The notes under the pieces are model-generated. The model saw only the letters and a list, made by a program, of their open reading frames with translations, had not been told where the DNA came from and did no database searches. Positions 38,919-49,876 of a DNA stretch of 64,000 nt are shown piece after piece. The position numbers were made by a program, and so were the translations under genes. Origin of the DNA: Candidatus Bathyarchaeota archaeon (GTDB taxonomy: Archaea; Thermoproteota; Bathyarchaeia; Bathyarchaeales; Bathycorpusculaceae); contig CAWHXY010000001.1 of assembly GCA_963833575.1 (NCBI GenBank), positions 1-64,000 of the forward strand, read 5' to 3'. Within the stretch, counting starts at the first letter, position 1. Each line of letters starts with the position of its first letter.

Positions 38919-39467
38919 ATGGGAGCCGCTTACTCGCAAAAAAACTACGCTTGCATGATGGTTGAATCTGTCAAACGTCATTTGTTGTCCATTGGTTTTT
39001 GGCTGGTTTTTTTCGGGGTGGCTGATTTATGGTTTGTTATGCCAAACCTGTATGCTGGGTTGGTGGGAGATTGGCCGAATGTCGATTGGCGGTTTTTCTA
39101 CTTTTACATACCGCAATGGAGATTCACTGTTCCAGCTCTTCTACTAATGACTTTAGTTGGAACCTTACTGATGGGTATATACTGCATAAAGGGCATTCAA
39201 CCTCAAGTAACTGACAATAAACAAAATGCAGCAATACTGGTTACCGCTCTTGGCTTTACCTATCAAGTGGTTGGGGCATGGCCGCTGTGGAATCAAGTGT
39301 ATGCTTGGCCATGGCAGGCAGAAATCGCTAGGTACGGAAACTGGCTCGTTTTTCCACTTTTCATCGGAAGCCTTATTGCATTGGTAATCGGAGCTGCGTC
39401 ACTGTATAAACACAGCAAGATTTACCACCTAAGAACTATGAAATCTGAGAACTTGATAGAAAAATAA
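38919..39467 (+). CDS. Hypothetical membrane protein (~4 TM)
   Basis: Trp-rich hydrophobic segments; start uncertain. Confidence 0.7.
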   Translation: MGAAYSQKNYACMMVESVKRHLLSIGFWLVFFGVADLWFVMPNLYAGLVGDWPNVDWRFFYFYIPQWRFTVPALLLMTLVGTLLMGIYCIKGIQPQVTDNKQNAAILVTALGFTYQVVGAWPLWNQVYAWPWQAEIARYGNWLVFPLFIGSLIALVIGAASLYKHSKIYHLRTMKSENLIEK

Positions 39468-39550
39468 CATTTTCCAAAAAAATGGTAAAATGGTTCTTAA
39501 ACAAACTTGCAGAGTTCGTTTTCAGAAAATTTAAGTAGTGGGAATTTTGG

Positions 39551-40123
39551 CTATTTCACTATTTCTTCGATTATATCGGTAACCATCATTACTTTTGCGC
39601 TGTAGACATTTTCTAAGTATTTGAGTCCTTGCTCTTGGTCTTCTTGCGTGAATGCTTCTACTCCATCTTTGGCGATTATTATGTGATAGCCTCGGAAGAA
39701 AGCGTCAGCAGCGGTATGGCGAACGCACATGTGAGTATGTAAGCCTCCGAGAACCACTGTTTTTACACCTTGCCCCTTATAGAGGCTTCGCAGGAGTGAA
39801 TCTAAGCCTGTCTCGAAAAAGCCGCTGTATGTTCGCTTCTCCACAATGTAATCTTTGCTTTCTTCAGGTTTAAGTTCTGGGATAACATCTGCTCCTTTTG
39901 TGCCTTTTATGGCATGGTTACCCCATTTACGTGTAACTTCAAGGTCTTGTGGATAATGAGCGTCGTTACTGTATATGACAGGTACATCATTTTTCCGTGC
40001 CTCCACGACTAATCTCTGAAGAGGCAGAATAACGGTCTTGACTCGTTTTGCTTCTAAGGCTCCAGTAACAAAATCATTCAAAATATCAACGAGTATTACG
40101 GCTGGGTTATCCAAAGAATTCAC
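39551..40123 (-). CDS. Isochorismatase/nicotinamidase-family cysteine hydrolase
   Basis: VDILNDF, KRTYSGF, HTHMCV (D-K-C triad). Confidence 0.9.
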   Translation of the reverse strand: MNSLDNPAVILVDILNDFVTGALEAKRVKTVILPLQRLVVEARKNDVPVIYSNDAHYPQDLEVTRKWGNHAIKGTKGADVIPELKPEESKDYIVEKRTYSGFFETGLDSLLRSLYKGQGVKTVVLGGLHTHMCVRHTAADAFFRGYHIIIAKDGVEAFTQEDQEQGLKYLENVYSAKVMMVTDIIEEIVK

Positions 40124-40165
40124 TTCTATTAAACAAAATCTGTGAAGTGGCTATTTAGTTTTACT

Positions 40166-41239
40166 TTAACGAACCGTATCAAGCGAATAATACTCTGTGG
40201 TTAACCTCTCAGCACCATTAGAAGTGACTAAGACGGTGTCTTCGATTCTCACTCCGCCGCACCCTGGCAGATAAATTCCAGGCTCATCCGTCACCACGTT
40301 GCCAGCGGCTAAGGTATCTTTGCTGTCTGGACTCAAGATAGGTGCTTCATGAATCTCTAAGCCAACGCCATGCCCAAGATTATGTACGAAAAACTCGCCA
40401 AACCCAGCCATCTCAATAACCCGTCTAGCCGCTGCATCAACTTGAGCCGCTGGAATGTTTGGACTCATGGCTTTGAAAGCTTTTTGTTGTGCTGCTTTAA
40501 CCGTTTCATATATTTTCATTTGTTTCTCTGTTGACTTGCCAGCCGTAAAAGTTCGGGTCATATCTGACCGGTAAGATCGATAAGTCGCCCCCAAATCCAC
40601 GACCACCAAGTCGCCCGGATGAATTGTTCTATTAGTGCAGGATCCATGCGGAAAAGCTGAGCTAATGCCTGAAGCGATTATAGTGTCAAAACTTGTTCCG
40701 TCAGCGCCTTTTTTACGCATAGCGTATTCAACTTCAGCCGCGACACGTCGCTCTGTCACACCTGGCTTGACGGTTTCAAAGGCCACTTGCATACCTATCT
40801 CTGCCAAATTGCAAGCCTCACGAATAAGCTTGACTTCATCTTGATCTTTAACGCTCCTTAACTTGCGGATTAGATTGGCACCTAACTCTAATTTTTCTTC
40901 GCCACCGACTGCTTTAGCCAGGGCACGCCACGATTCAATTGACAATGAGTCTACAGCCAGTTTGGATGGTATATCGGAGGCCATTTGTTTAGTCATTTTC
41001 TCCATTAAATTTTCGCTGCGGTTAAGAAGCTTGACAGTTAAGCCGCTGATTTCAGCTTTTGCCTGTTCATAATTGACTCCTGAAACGTATAGGGTGCTTT
41101 CGCCTTGTTTCGGAATCAGCAGAGCAGTTGCTCCTGAAAAGCTTGTGAAGTATGTCAAGTTTATGTTATTAAAAATCAAGAAAAAATCCATTTTGTCTTG
41201 ATTAAGCATTTTTTGCTGGAGGTCACTTATTTTATTCAA
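40166..41239 (-). CDS. Xaa-Pro peptidase (M24 family)
   Basis: PHG, DLG..Y.SDMTRT, HNLGHGVGLEIHE, EPGIY, GVRIED. Confidence 0.92.
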   Translation of the reverse strand: MNKISDLQQKMLNQDKMDFFLIFNNINLTYFTSFSGATALLIPKQGESTLYVSGVNYEQAKAEISGLTVKLLNRSENLMEKMTKQMASDIPSKLAVDSLSIESWRALAKAVGGEEKLELGANLIRKLRSVKDQDEVKLIREACNLAEIGMQVAFETVKPGVTERRVAAEVEYAMRKKGADGTSFDTIIASGISSAFPHGSCTNRTIHPGDLVVVDLGATYRSYRSDMTRTFTAGKSTEKQMKIYETVKAAQQKAFKAMSPNIPAAQVDAAARRVIEMAGFGEFFVHNLGHGVGLEIHEAPILSPDSKDTLAAGNVVTDEPGIYLPGCGGVRIEDTVLVTSNGAERLTTEYYSLDTVR

Positions 41240-41416
41240 GGTTTTTCGCCTTTTAGGAAAAAGAATGTTTTGGGCGGTTTAAGTTTTCGCTTCCGATTTT
41301 GCGTTATGCAGCTCAAGACAAGTCGTTTTTAGTCAAGAATTCTTAAATGAAATAGCCATTAACTTAATATAAGGTTCAGATGACTTCCATAAATAAGACT
41401 TTGAGGGGAAAAAAGC

Positions 41417-43330
41417 ATGTTTGCTTATGCAGGAAAAATTTTACATGTTAACCTCACTACGGGAGAAACAAAAACTGAGCCATTATCAGAACAAATGGCT
41501 AAAGATTACATCGGCGGTATAGGTTTAGGCATTCGCCTATTGTTTGACAACTCAAAACCAGGGACAGACGCCTACGACCCTGAAAACCCGATAATTTACT
41601 TAACTGGTCCACTCAGCGGCACCATGGGACCAACAGGCGGCAACAGCTACGCTGTTGTTTCCAAATCACCAGCAACCGGCGGCATAGGCAATGCTGAAGC
41701 CCACGGCTTCTTTGGTCCAGATCTGAAACGTGCAGGCTACGACGCAGTCATAATCACAGGTAAAGCTCCCAAACTATCCTACCTTTGGCTTGACGACGAC
41801 AAAGTCGAAATTCGAGATGCCGCATATCTCAAAAACGCAACCGTTAAAGAAACCGATGACAAAATTCGAGATGAACTCGGAGATTTCTACATTCGTGTTT
41901 CAGCAATTGGTGAAGCTGGCGAGAAACTTTGTAGGTTTGCCGCCATCATAAATGACGAGTTCCGCGCTATCGGAAGGAGCGGCATGGGCGGAGTCATGGG
42001 CAGCAAAAACCTAAAAGCAGTTGCCGTCCGTGGAACACATGACGTTAACGTAGCTAACCTGGAAGGATTCAAAGAATTTATCAAAATGATTCATGAACGC
42101 ATGAAGGGTCCATCAACCAAAAAATACAAAACCTTGGGCACTCCGGAAAACGTTTTGGTCCTTAATTCACTTTCAGCTTTGGCAACAAGAAACTGGACGA
42201 ACGCAACTTTTGAAGGGGCAGACAAAGTCAGCGGAGAATACTTCAACGAGCATTATGTAAAGAAGATCGTCGGCTGCGCCACTTGCGGTATGCGTTGTGA
42301 CCACATTGGTGTTGTTCCTGAAGGTCCATACAAAGGTTCAACCTCAAGGCTTGAGTTCGAGTGCCTTTGGAGTATGGGACCACTGTGTGGCGTTGACCGG
42401 CTTGATGCAATTATCGAAGCCATGCGAATAGTTAACGAGTACGGCATGGACGGCATATCCATAGGTGTTGTTGTTGCATTCGCAATGGATATTTATGAGC
42501 ATGGTATAATTACGAAGGAACAAACAGACGGAATAGATCTCAAATTCGGAAATGCCGAAGCACTTATAGCCATGATTCACAAAATCGGAAAACGCGAAGG
42601 CTGGTTGGGAAACATCCTTGCGGAAGGTGTTGCAAAAGCGGCTGAATTAATCGGCGGAGACGCTTACAAGTACGCTTGCCACATTAAAGGCTTGGAACTT
42701 CCAGGCTACGACTTACGCACACTAAAGACTGCTGCTCTTGGCTTTAGTGTTTCATTCAGAGGCGCTTGCCACTTACGCAATGGTGCTTATTCACCTGATG
42801 TTAAAGGCAAAGTTAATCGGTTCAAAATTGAGAAGGGCAGAGGCAAAATGATTACTGAAGAAAGCTACATGTACAATATTATTGACTCGCTTATCGTATG
42901 CAAATTCAGTAGAGGCACATATTATGACGGCTGGAAAGATTTGACTAACTATTACACTCTTGCAACTGGCATCCCAATCACCCCAGAAGAAATGATTAAA
43001 GACGGCGACAGAATCGAAAACCTCGCAAGACTTTTCAACATCAGAGAAGGCAAAGGCACACGCAAATACGACGATGTTCCCTACAAAATAAAGAATTTCC
43101 CAGTTCCCGATGAAGGACCAGCCAAAGGTGTCTGCGTAAACGACGAAGAAATGGCTGTAGGTTTAGATGACTATTACGCTTCAAGAGGCTGGACAGTGGA
43201 TGGAATACCAACCGTTGAACGTTTGCAACAGCTAGGCCTTGGCGACTTAGCATACATAGCCCAAGATGCAATTAAGGCGGCTCAATCAGCAAAGCCTCAA
43301 GCGGTAGCCGCAACTGTGGGAGGTAACTAG
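41417..43330 (+). CDS. aor: Tungsten aldehyde:ferredoxin oxidoreductase family protein
   Basis: KSPATG, GRSGMGGVMGSKNLKA, CATC.MRC, GMDGIS, RGACH, DSLIVCKF, YY..RGW. Confidence 0.92.
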   Translation: MFAYAGKILHVNLTTGETKTEPLSEQMAKDYIGGIGLGIRLLFDNSKPGTDAYDPENPIIYLTGPLSGTMGPTGGNSYAVVSKSPATGGIGNAEAHGFFGPDLKRAGYDAVIITGKAPKLSYLWLDDDKVEIRDAAYLKNATVKETDDKIRDELGDFYIRVSAIGEAGEKLCRFAAIINDEFRAIGRSGMGGVMGSKNLKAVAVRGTHDVNVANLEGFKEFIKMIHERMKGPSTKKYKTLGTPENVLVLNSLSALATRNWTNATFEGADKVSGEYFNEHYVKKIVGCATCGMRCDHIGVVPEGPYKGSTSRLEFECLWSMGPLCGVDRLDAIIEAMRIVNEYGMDGISIGVVVAFAMDIYEHGIITKEQTDGIDLKFGNAEALIAMIHKIGKREGWLGNILAEGVAKAAELIGGDAYKYACHIKGLELPGYDLRTLKTAALGFSVSFRGACHLRNGAYSPDVKGKVNRFKIEKGRGKMITEESYMYNIIDSLIVCKFSRGTYYDGWKDLTNYYTLATGIPITPEEMIKDGDRIENLARLFNIREGKGTRKYDDVPYKIKNFPVPDEGPAKGVCVNDEEMAVGLDDYYASRGWTVDGIPTVERLQQLGLGDLAYIAQDAIKAAQSAKPQAVAATVGGN

Positions 43331-43331
43331 T

Positions 43332-43841
43332 ATGGTTCGACCGCAAGACCGAAAATTCGTGACCGCAGACCCTGACAAATGCATCGGCTGTTGCGTCTGC
43401 GAATACGCTTGTAGCATGGTTAACGAAAAAACCTTCAATCCTACTAAATCACGAATACGTGCAATGCGCATGGGTCCACTAGTAAACTTGGCAATAACAT
43501 GCCGACACTGCGAAGAACCTGCATGCGTAGCAGCTTGCCCAAGAGATGCACTCACCCAAGAAGAAAACAGCGGAATTATCCGTGTTGATGAGAACGCCTG
43601 CAACGGCTGCGGATGGTGCATTAGTGCATGCCAATTTGGCGCTATGAACATGCACCCAGAAAAGAAAATCGTATTCACATGCAATAGCTGCACAGACAAC
43701 GAAACAAAAGAGCCGCAATGCGTCAAATGGTGCCCAGAAGAAGCATTAACATATGTCAGCGCAGAAACATTGGCACAAAAGTACAGGCAAAAAGCTGTCA
43801 AGAACCTATTCCAAACCGCAGAAACCAACAAACAAAAATAG
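43332..43841 (+). CDS. 4Fe-4S dicluster polyferredoxin (AOR small subunit, DmsB/HydN-like)
   Basis: CIGCCVCEYAC, CRHCEEPAC..CP, CNGCGWC..C, CNSC..CP. Confidence 0.9.
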   Translation: MVRPQDRKFVTADPDKCIGCCVCEYACSMVNEKTFNPTKSRIRAMRMGPLVNLAITCRHCEEPACVAACPRDALTQEENSGIIRVDENACNGCGWCISACQFGAMNMHPEKKIVFTCNSCTDNETKEPQCVKWCPEEALTYVSAETLAQKYRQKAVKNLFQTAETNKQK

Positions 43842-43846
43842 ACTTT

Positions 43847-43871
43847 AAAGGCTTAATATTTTAGCCTTTTT
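43847..43871 (+). terminator. Hairpin plus T-tract terminator
   Basis: AAAGGCT-loop-AGCCTTT followed by Ts after the ferredoxin stop. Confidence 0.5.
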
Positions 43872-44091
43872 AATTATGTCTTCAACAATACTCTTAGTAT
43901 TTGGTCTTGGTTAATTTCTATCCTTGGCAATTGGTAGTATTTTAGTCAGTTTTACTTGATTTACTTCACTTTTTTTCTTTTTTGTGGTAAATAGTATCTT
44001 TTTTTGGTTTTTTCCTTTTTGGTAAAATTACAGAAATTATATTAGCTGAAAATGATAAACCACCCCCCATAAACTTTAGGAGAAAAAGACA

Positions 44092-46719
44092 TTGAAAATA
44101 TTAGAAAGTAAAACTATAGCTATTTTGATTGCAGTATTCATAACACTTTCTATGGCAGGCTCAATGATACTTTTGCCAAGTGCAAATGCGCATTCACCAG
44201 CATGGCAAGTTCCGACTTATTCTTTCTGCAGTGTTTCACCTAACCCCATAGGCATCGGGCAAACAGTCAACGTGAACTTCTGGGTTAACATACCGCCGCC
44301 AACAGCAAACCAACAATTTGGTGACAGATGGCAAAATATGACCGTTGTAGTTACACACCCTGATGGAACCACTGAAAAACTTGGGCCATTTACCTCAGAC
44401 GATACTGGAGGATCACATACTACATATACACCAAATTCACTGGGTAATTATACTTTCCAAATGATCTTTGGCGGGCAAACATTAGCAGGTGCCAATCCAT
44501 CTTTAACTGGCACAACTAGCGTATTTGTCGGTGACTATTTCCAACCGAGCCAAAGCAACGTATTCAAGCTTACTGTGCAGCAGCAAGCAATAACCTACGC
44601 AGGTGTATCTCCACTTCCCACAAACTACTGGACTCGCCCAATATACGCAGAGAACACTAACTGGTACTCAATTGCTGGAAACTGGCTTGGTCTTGGCATA
44701 TCAACGTTTGCTAACACTGGAATGTACAATGCAAGCGCAAACTACAACGCCTATACTAATGCACCAAACACGGCTCACATTCTATGGACTAAGCCTGCAG
44801 CGTGGGGAGGTATTATCGGTGGAGAATTCGGAGGTTCTGAAATAAGCAACTATTATTCAACGTCACAGTATGAGCCAAAATTCGCACCAATAATAATGCA
44901 AGGCGTCCTCTATTACACTCTGTATCCCGGAGCTTCCAGTTACCCCGAAGGCTGGGTTGCTGTAGACTTACACACAGGACAAACTCTATGGACAAAAAAT
45001 ACTACTGAGATCTTAAGATGCGGTCAGCTACTCCAAATGGTCACCCCTAACCAGTACGGAGCCCTTGCATACTTATGGAGTAATCCGGTTGGAAACCTTA
45101 CAGCTGGCTCCAGTCGCCCAGGTGTATTGGGGTCTTTAGAGATGTGGGATGCCATGACCGGGAACTACATACTTACTATCACTGGCGTTCAAACAATGAC
45201 ACTTACAGAGGACAACCAAGGTGACTTGATAGGCTACTACACTAACAATACTGGAACCAGTCAATCGCTGACTATGTGGAACTCAACACTATGCATCAAT
45301 CTAAATATACCCAGCAGCAACAACAACGGAGTTCCTCTTGCAGACAATTGGTATTGGCGACCTGGAACAGGTGCACAAATGCCATTTGCAAAAGGAATAC
45401 AATGGTCAGTCCCGTTGCCAAATAACATTTCAGGCGTACCCCTAGTCTCTCCTTCAAGTGGACTCTTAGGTCTAAGCGTTTCCGCAATCAACAGCAACAC
45501 AGTACTATTAGTAGAAGCATTAAGTGGCATTACAAATGCTGGGTACCAAGCAGGATGGCAAATAGAAACAGGCTACAACGCGGCAACAGGTGCACAGTTA
45601 TGGGCGCCAATCAACCGAACCGAAACACCCTTCTCAATCATATACACAGGCAGCGTTTGGGCTGGAAGCGGAGCATACGTAGAATTAACCGAATCAACTC
45701 TGTCAATCGCAGGCTATAGCTTGACTACAGGTCAACAGCTATGGGGACCAATAGCACTTCCAAACGTTAGTCCATTCAGTTCACTGGGTGCAAACGCTGT
45801 CGTTGCAAATGGCTCAATCTACATTTGGGGCTACGGAGGAGACGTTTACTCTTTCAATATCGTTACCGGAGCATTAAACTGGCAATATCATACTCCAAGC
45901 GGCGGTTATGAGTCTCCCTACGGAGTTGAACCAATATGGACATTCACTGTAGGCACAGTCGCTGACGGTAAACTCTTTGTTCCGGAAGGACATATGTACA
46001 GTCCACCGCTATTCCACAATGCACAACAACTAGCACTCAACACCACTGACGGGAATCTTGTTTGGAGTATTGATGCTTTTGATGTTACAAGTGCACCAGC
46101 CATTTCCGACGGAGTTATGACCACTTTAAACGCCTATGACAACCAAATATACGCTTACGGCAAAGGCGCTACCAAAGTTACTGTCACAGCCCCCGGTGTC
46201 GGAATCACAACTTCAACACCAGTAACAATCAGCGGTTCAGTAACTGATATCTCTGCAGGCGCAACACAACAAGCAGTAGCAGCAAATTTCCCCAACGGAC
46301 TTCCAGCAGTCTCTGACACAAGCATGACGAATTGGATGGAATATGTTTACATGCAACAACCATTCCCAGCAAACACAACTGGTGTACCCATTTCAATCGA
46401 CGTAATCGACTCCAATGGAAATTATAGAAACATCGGTAGCACAACAAGCGATGCAAGCGGCAAGTTCTCTTTCACTTGGACACCTGATATTGCAGGTCAC
46501 TATACTGTAGTCGCCAGTTTCCATGGTTCAGAATCGTATTATTCATCCTATGATGAAGCATTCTTCACCGCAAGTGCATCACCAACCGCATCTCCAATCG
46601 CGACATCAGAGCCTGCATCAATGGCTGATACATACTTAATTCCATCAGTCGTGGCCATAATCGTCGTCATCATAATAGTAGGCGCGGTACTAGCATTGAT
46701 GATAAGGAAACAACCATAG
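44092..46719 (+). CDS. Secreted, anchored PQQ-like beta-propeller surface protein (paralogue 2)
   Basis: Same architecture as 13276-15882; TTG start after AGGAG. Confidence 0.85.
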   Translation: MKILESKTIAILIAVFITLSMAGSMILLPSANAHSPAWQVPTYSFCSVSPNPIGIGQTVNVNFWVNIPPPTANQQFGDRWQNMTVVVTHPDGTTEKLGPFTSDDTGGSHTTYTPNSLGNYTFQMIFGGQTLAGANPSLTGTTSVFVGDYFQPSQSNVFKLTVQQQAITYAGVSPLPTNYWTRPIYAENTNWYSIAGNWLGLGISTFANTGMYNASANYNAYTNAPNTAHILWTKPAAWGGIIGGEFGGSEISNYYSTSQYEPKFAPIIMQGVLYYTLYPGASSYPEGWVAVDLHTGQTLWTKNTTEILRCGQLLQMVTPNQYGALAYLWSNPVGNLTAGSSRPGVLGSLEMWDAMTGNYILTITGVQTMTLTEDNQGDLIGYYTNNTGTSQSLTMWNSTLCINLNIPSSNNNGVPLADNWYWRPGTGAQMPFAKGIQWSVPLPNNISGVPLVSPSSGLLGLSVSAINSNTVLLVEALSGITNAGYQAGWQIETGYNAATGAQLWAPINRTETPFSIIYTGSVWAGSGAYVELTESTLSIAGYSLTTGQQLWGPIALPNVSPFSSLGANAVVANGSIYIWGYGGDVYSFNIVTGALNWQYHTPSGGYESPYGVEPIWTFTVGTVADGKLFVPEGHMYSPPLFHNAQQLALNTTDGNLVWSIDAFDVTSAPAISDGVMTTLNAYDNQIYAYGKGATKVTVTAPGVGITTSTPVTISGSVTDISAGATQQAVAANFPNGLPAVSDTSMTNWMEYVYMQQPFPANTTGVPISIDVIDSNGNYRNIGSTTSDASGKFSFTWTPDIAGHYTVVASFHGSESYYSSYDEAFFTASASPTASPIATSEPASMADTYLIPSVVAIIVVIIIVGAVLALMIRKQP

Positions 46720-46969
46720 CTAAACATAAACAAAAACAACTTTTCCCCTTCTTTTTTGTTATTTAAAAAAAGTAATGATTCTATTCTTTTGTTATTTTCA
46801 AATATTTTTAAATAATATATTGTATTTTGATTTCAAAATAAGACTTTATTTGTAAGAATTCGAATTGTTTTATATCAAAATAGAGCTTCGGACTTCTAAT
46901 GATGCGCAAATCTTATAAACAAACTGAACGAACAGTGATTCTTATAAACTTAAGGAGAAGAAAAGAAAA

Positions 46970-49630
46970 ATGAAAATGCTAAAAAGCAAAACTATGGCTA
47001 TTTTGATTGCAGCATTTTTAACAATCTCTATGGGAGCCTCAATGATACTATTACCCAGTGCAGGCGCTCACAATCCTCCATGGCAAATTCCAACATACAG
47101 TTTCTGCAGCGTTTCGCCAAATCCAGTCGGCGTAGGTCAACAAATTAACGTTAACTTTTGGGTCAATGAACCACCGCCAACCGCAAGCGCACAATACGGT
47201 GACAGATTCCACAATATGACAGTTGTTGTCACACACCCTGACGGAACAAAAGAAACACTTGGTCCGTTTTCATCTGACGCTACCGGAGGATCACATACAA
47301 CCTATACACCATCCGTTATTGGTAATTACTCCTTCCAGTTTGTCTTTGGTGGAGATACCATAACAGACGAGAATCCAGCAACTCCAATAACTAATCCATC
47401 TCAACACAGCGCTTCTTACCTTGACTATTTCATGCCCAGCGTAAGCAACGTATTCACTCTGACAGTTCAGCAAGAGCCAATAAGCTATGCAGCAGTTGCT
47501 CCACTTCCAACTCAATATTGGACACGTCCAATTTATGGCGAAAACAACAATTGGTACTCCGTTGCGGGAAACTGGCTTGGTCTAGCAGCATCAACCTTTG
47601 CCGCAACTGGAATGTACAATGCAACTGGAAACTATAACCCATATACTACAGCACCAAACTCTGCTCACATTTTGTGGACCAAACCTGAAGCTTTCGGTGG
47701 CATAATTGGCGGAGAATTCGGTGGCAGCGAAACAGGAAACTACTACTCAACTTCTCAGTACGAACCAAAGTTTGCGCCAATCATCATGAACGGCATACTA
47801 TACTATACTCTATATCCAGGAGCTTCAACTTATCCAGAAGGATGGGTTGCAGTAGACCTGCACACTGGACAAACCATATGGACAAAGACAGAAGCTGAAA
47901 CCAACAACGAAGTTCTAAAATGCGGACAAATACTCAACGAAATCACACCTAACCAATATGGAGCAGAAGCATACCTATGGTCAGTACCAATATCAGCAGC
48001 TGGCTTCATGGCTGGTGGTTCTTACATGGCCATGTATGATGCAATGACAGGACAATGGATACTCAACATCACAGGCACACCTTCCATGACACTTGTTCAA
48101 GGCACGTATGGCGACTTAATCGGCTACTACACAACTACAGACTATGCGACAGGCAATAACTACCTGAACATGTGGAACTCTACCGCATGCATCAACTTGA
48201 ACGTAGCTAACTACGGCGGTGGTGCAAGCGTTCCAGATCAATGGATGTGGAGGCCACCACAAGGAGCACAGTTAAACTTCAACTTAGGCGTACAACATGA
48301 CTCTCACTGGCCAGCATTAATGCCATCTAATGACAAAACAAACAATGCCACGTTAACTGTTATGACAAGCATGTTCGGCATGGTGTTCCCATCATACCTA
48401 CTAGGCATCTCAGCAATACAGAGCGGCGTAATATTTGCATCAGGAACATCAAGTACAGGATTCGCTTATACACCAGGATGGTATGAGGAAGCAGGATTCG
48501 ACCAAGCAACTGGAGCACTTCTATGGGGACCGTACAACGTATCTGAAGTACCATATTCCATCATTTACACCGGAGGAAACTGGGCAGGAAGCGGTGCTCG
48601 TATAGAACTCACTGAATCCTCACTATCAGTCACAGGCTACAGTCTAACCACAGGCGCAAAACTATGGGGACCAACAGCACTACCAAACGTTAGTCCATTC
48701 AGTTCGCTCGGTGCAAACTCAGTTGTCGCTAACGGCATAGATTACATATGGGGCTACGGAGGAGACGTTTACGCCTACAACATTGTTACTGGCGCTCTAT
48801 TGTGGCAATATCACACACCATCCGGTGGCTACGAATCACCTTACGGTGTTGAACCACTATGGACTTTCAGCGTCGGAACAGTCGCTGACGGCAAACTCTT
48901 TGTTCCTGAAGGCCACATGTACAGTCCACCACTATTCCACAATGCACAGCAACTAGCACTCAATACCACTGACGGAAGCGTAGTATGGAGCATGGATGCT
49001 TTCGACGTTACAAGTGCACCAGCTATCTCTGACGGTATCATGACGACACTTAACGCGTATGACAACCAAATATACGCATGGGGCAAAGGACCAACCGATA
49101 CCACTGTTAGCGCACAACCATACGGATCGGATATAATGATCAGCGGATCAGTAACCGATGTTTCCGCAGGCGCTCAGCAGGACGCAGTTGCAAAGAACTT
49201 CCCCAATGGTCTTCCAGCAGTTTCAGATGCAAGCCAAAGTGCATGGATGGAATACGTATACATGCAACAAACACGTCCATCAAACGCAACTGGTGTTCCA
49301 GTTACCCTAAGCGTCATTGACTCAAACGGCAACTTTAGAGATATCGGAAGTGCTACAAGCGACTCAACCGGCAAATTCAGCTTCCTATGGACACCAAACA
49401 TTTCAGGCAAATACACAGTCATCGCAACATTCGCAGGTTCAGAATCATACTATTCATCATATGATGAAGCATTCTTCAACTCAGCCGCAGCAACACCGAC
49501 ACCATCACCATATCCAGTGACAGTTCTACCGCCCACTGAAATGTACATTGCAGCAGCAGCAATCGCAATCATCATTGCAGTGGCTATAGTCGGCGTCCTA
49601 ATGCTGATGGCAATCAAAAAACGGGCATAA
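46970..49630 (+). CDS. Secreted, anchored PQQ-like beta-propeller surface protein (paralogue 3)
   Basis: Tandem paralogue of 44092-46719. Confidence 0.85.
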   Translation: MKMLKSKTMAILIAAFLTISMGASMILLPSAGAHNPPWQIPTYSFCSVSPNPVGVGQQINVNFWVNEPPPTASAQYGDRFHNMTVVVTHPDGTKETLGPFSSDATGGSHTTYTPSVIGNYSFQFVFGGDTITDENPATPITNPSQHSASYLDYFMPSVSNVFTLTVQQEPISYAAVAPLPTQYWTRPIYGENNNWYSVAGNWLGLAASTFAATGMYNATGNYNPYTTAPNSAHILWTKPEAFGGIIGGEFGGSETGNYYSTSQYEPKFAPIIMNGILYYTLYPGASTYPEGWVAVDLHTGQTIWTKTEAETNNEVLKCGQILNEITPNQYGAEAYLWSVPISAAGFMAGGSYMAMYDAMTGQWILNITGTPSMTLVQGTYGDLIGYYTTTDYATGNNYLNMWNSTACINLNVANYGGGASVPDQWMWRPPQGAQLNFNLGVQHDSHWPALMPSNDKTNNATLTVMTSMFGMVFPSYLLGISAIQSGVIFASGTSSTGFAYTPGWYEEAGFDQATGALLWGPYNVSEVPYSIIYTGGNWAGSGARIELTESSLSVTGYSLTTGAKLWGPTALPNVSPFSSLGANSVVANGIDYIWGYGGDVYAYNIVTGALLWQYHTPSGGYESPYGVEPLWTFSVGTVADGKLFVPEGHMYSPPLFHNAQQLALNTTDGSVVWSMDAFDVTSAPAISDGIMTTLNAYDNQIYAWGKGPTDTTVSAQPYGSDIMISGSVTDVSAGAQQDAVAKNFPNGLPAVSDASQSAWMEYVYMQQTRPSNATGVPVTLSVIDSNGNFRDIGSATSDSTGKFSFLWTPNISGKYTVIATFAGSESYYSSYDEAFFNSAAATPTPSPYPVTVLPPTEMYIAAAAIAIIIAVAIVGVLMLMAIKKRA

Positions 49631-49876
49631 AAACGCACACACAAAAAACAACTTTCCTCTTTCTTTTTTATTTTTTTTTGAAATTTTAAAAACTAAAGCT
49701 CTACTTCACAAATTTTCCATATCTGCAACGGAATTTCATTTTTCTTAGTTCCCTTCTTTTCAAAACTTAGAAAAACATTTAATCAAATGCGAGATTTGTT
49801 GAAAATATTTTGCTCAATTGGGCCACATAGACCCTTTTGGTAGGTGCTGTTCCAACCGCTAAAAACCTAGGCCGTT

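Noticed and set aside
43286-43831. 181-aa antisense ORF (and similar shadow ORFs throughout)
   Set aside because: Antisense shadows of well-supported genes
44092-49630. Diversity-generating retroelement TR/VR pair
   Set aside because: Differences are mostly synonymous and not adenine-specific; no reverse transcriptase in the window
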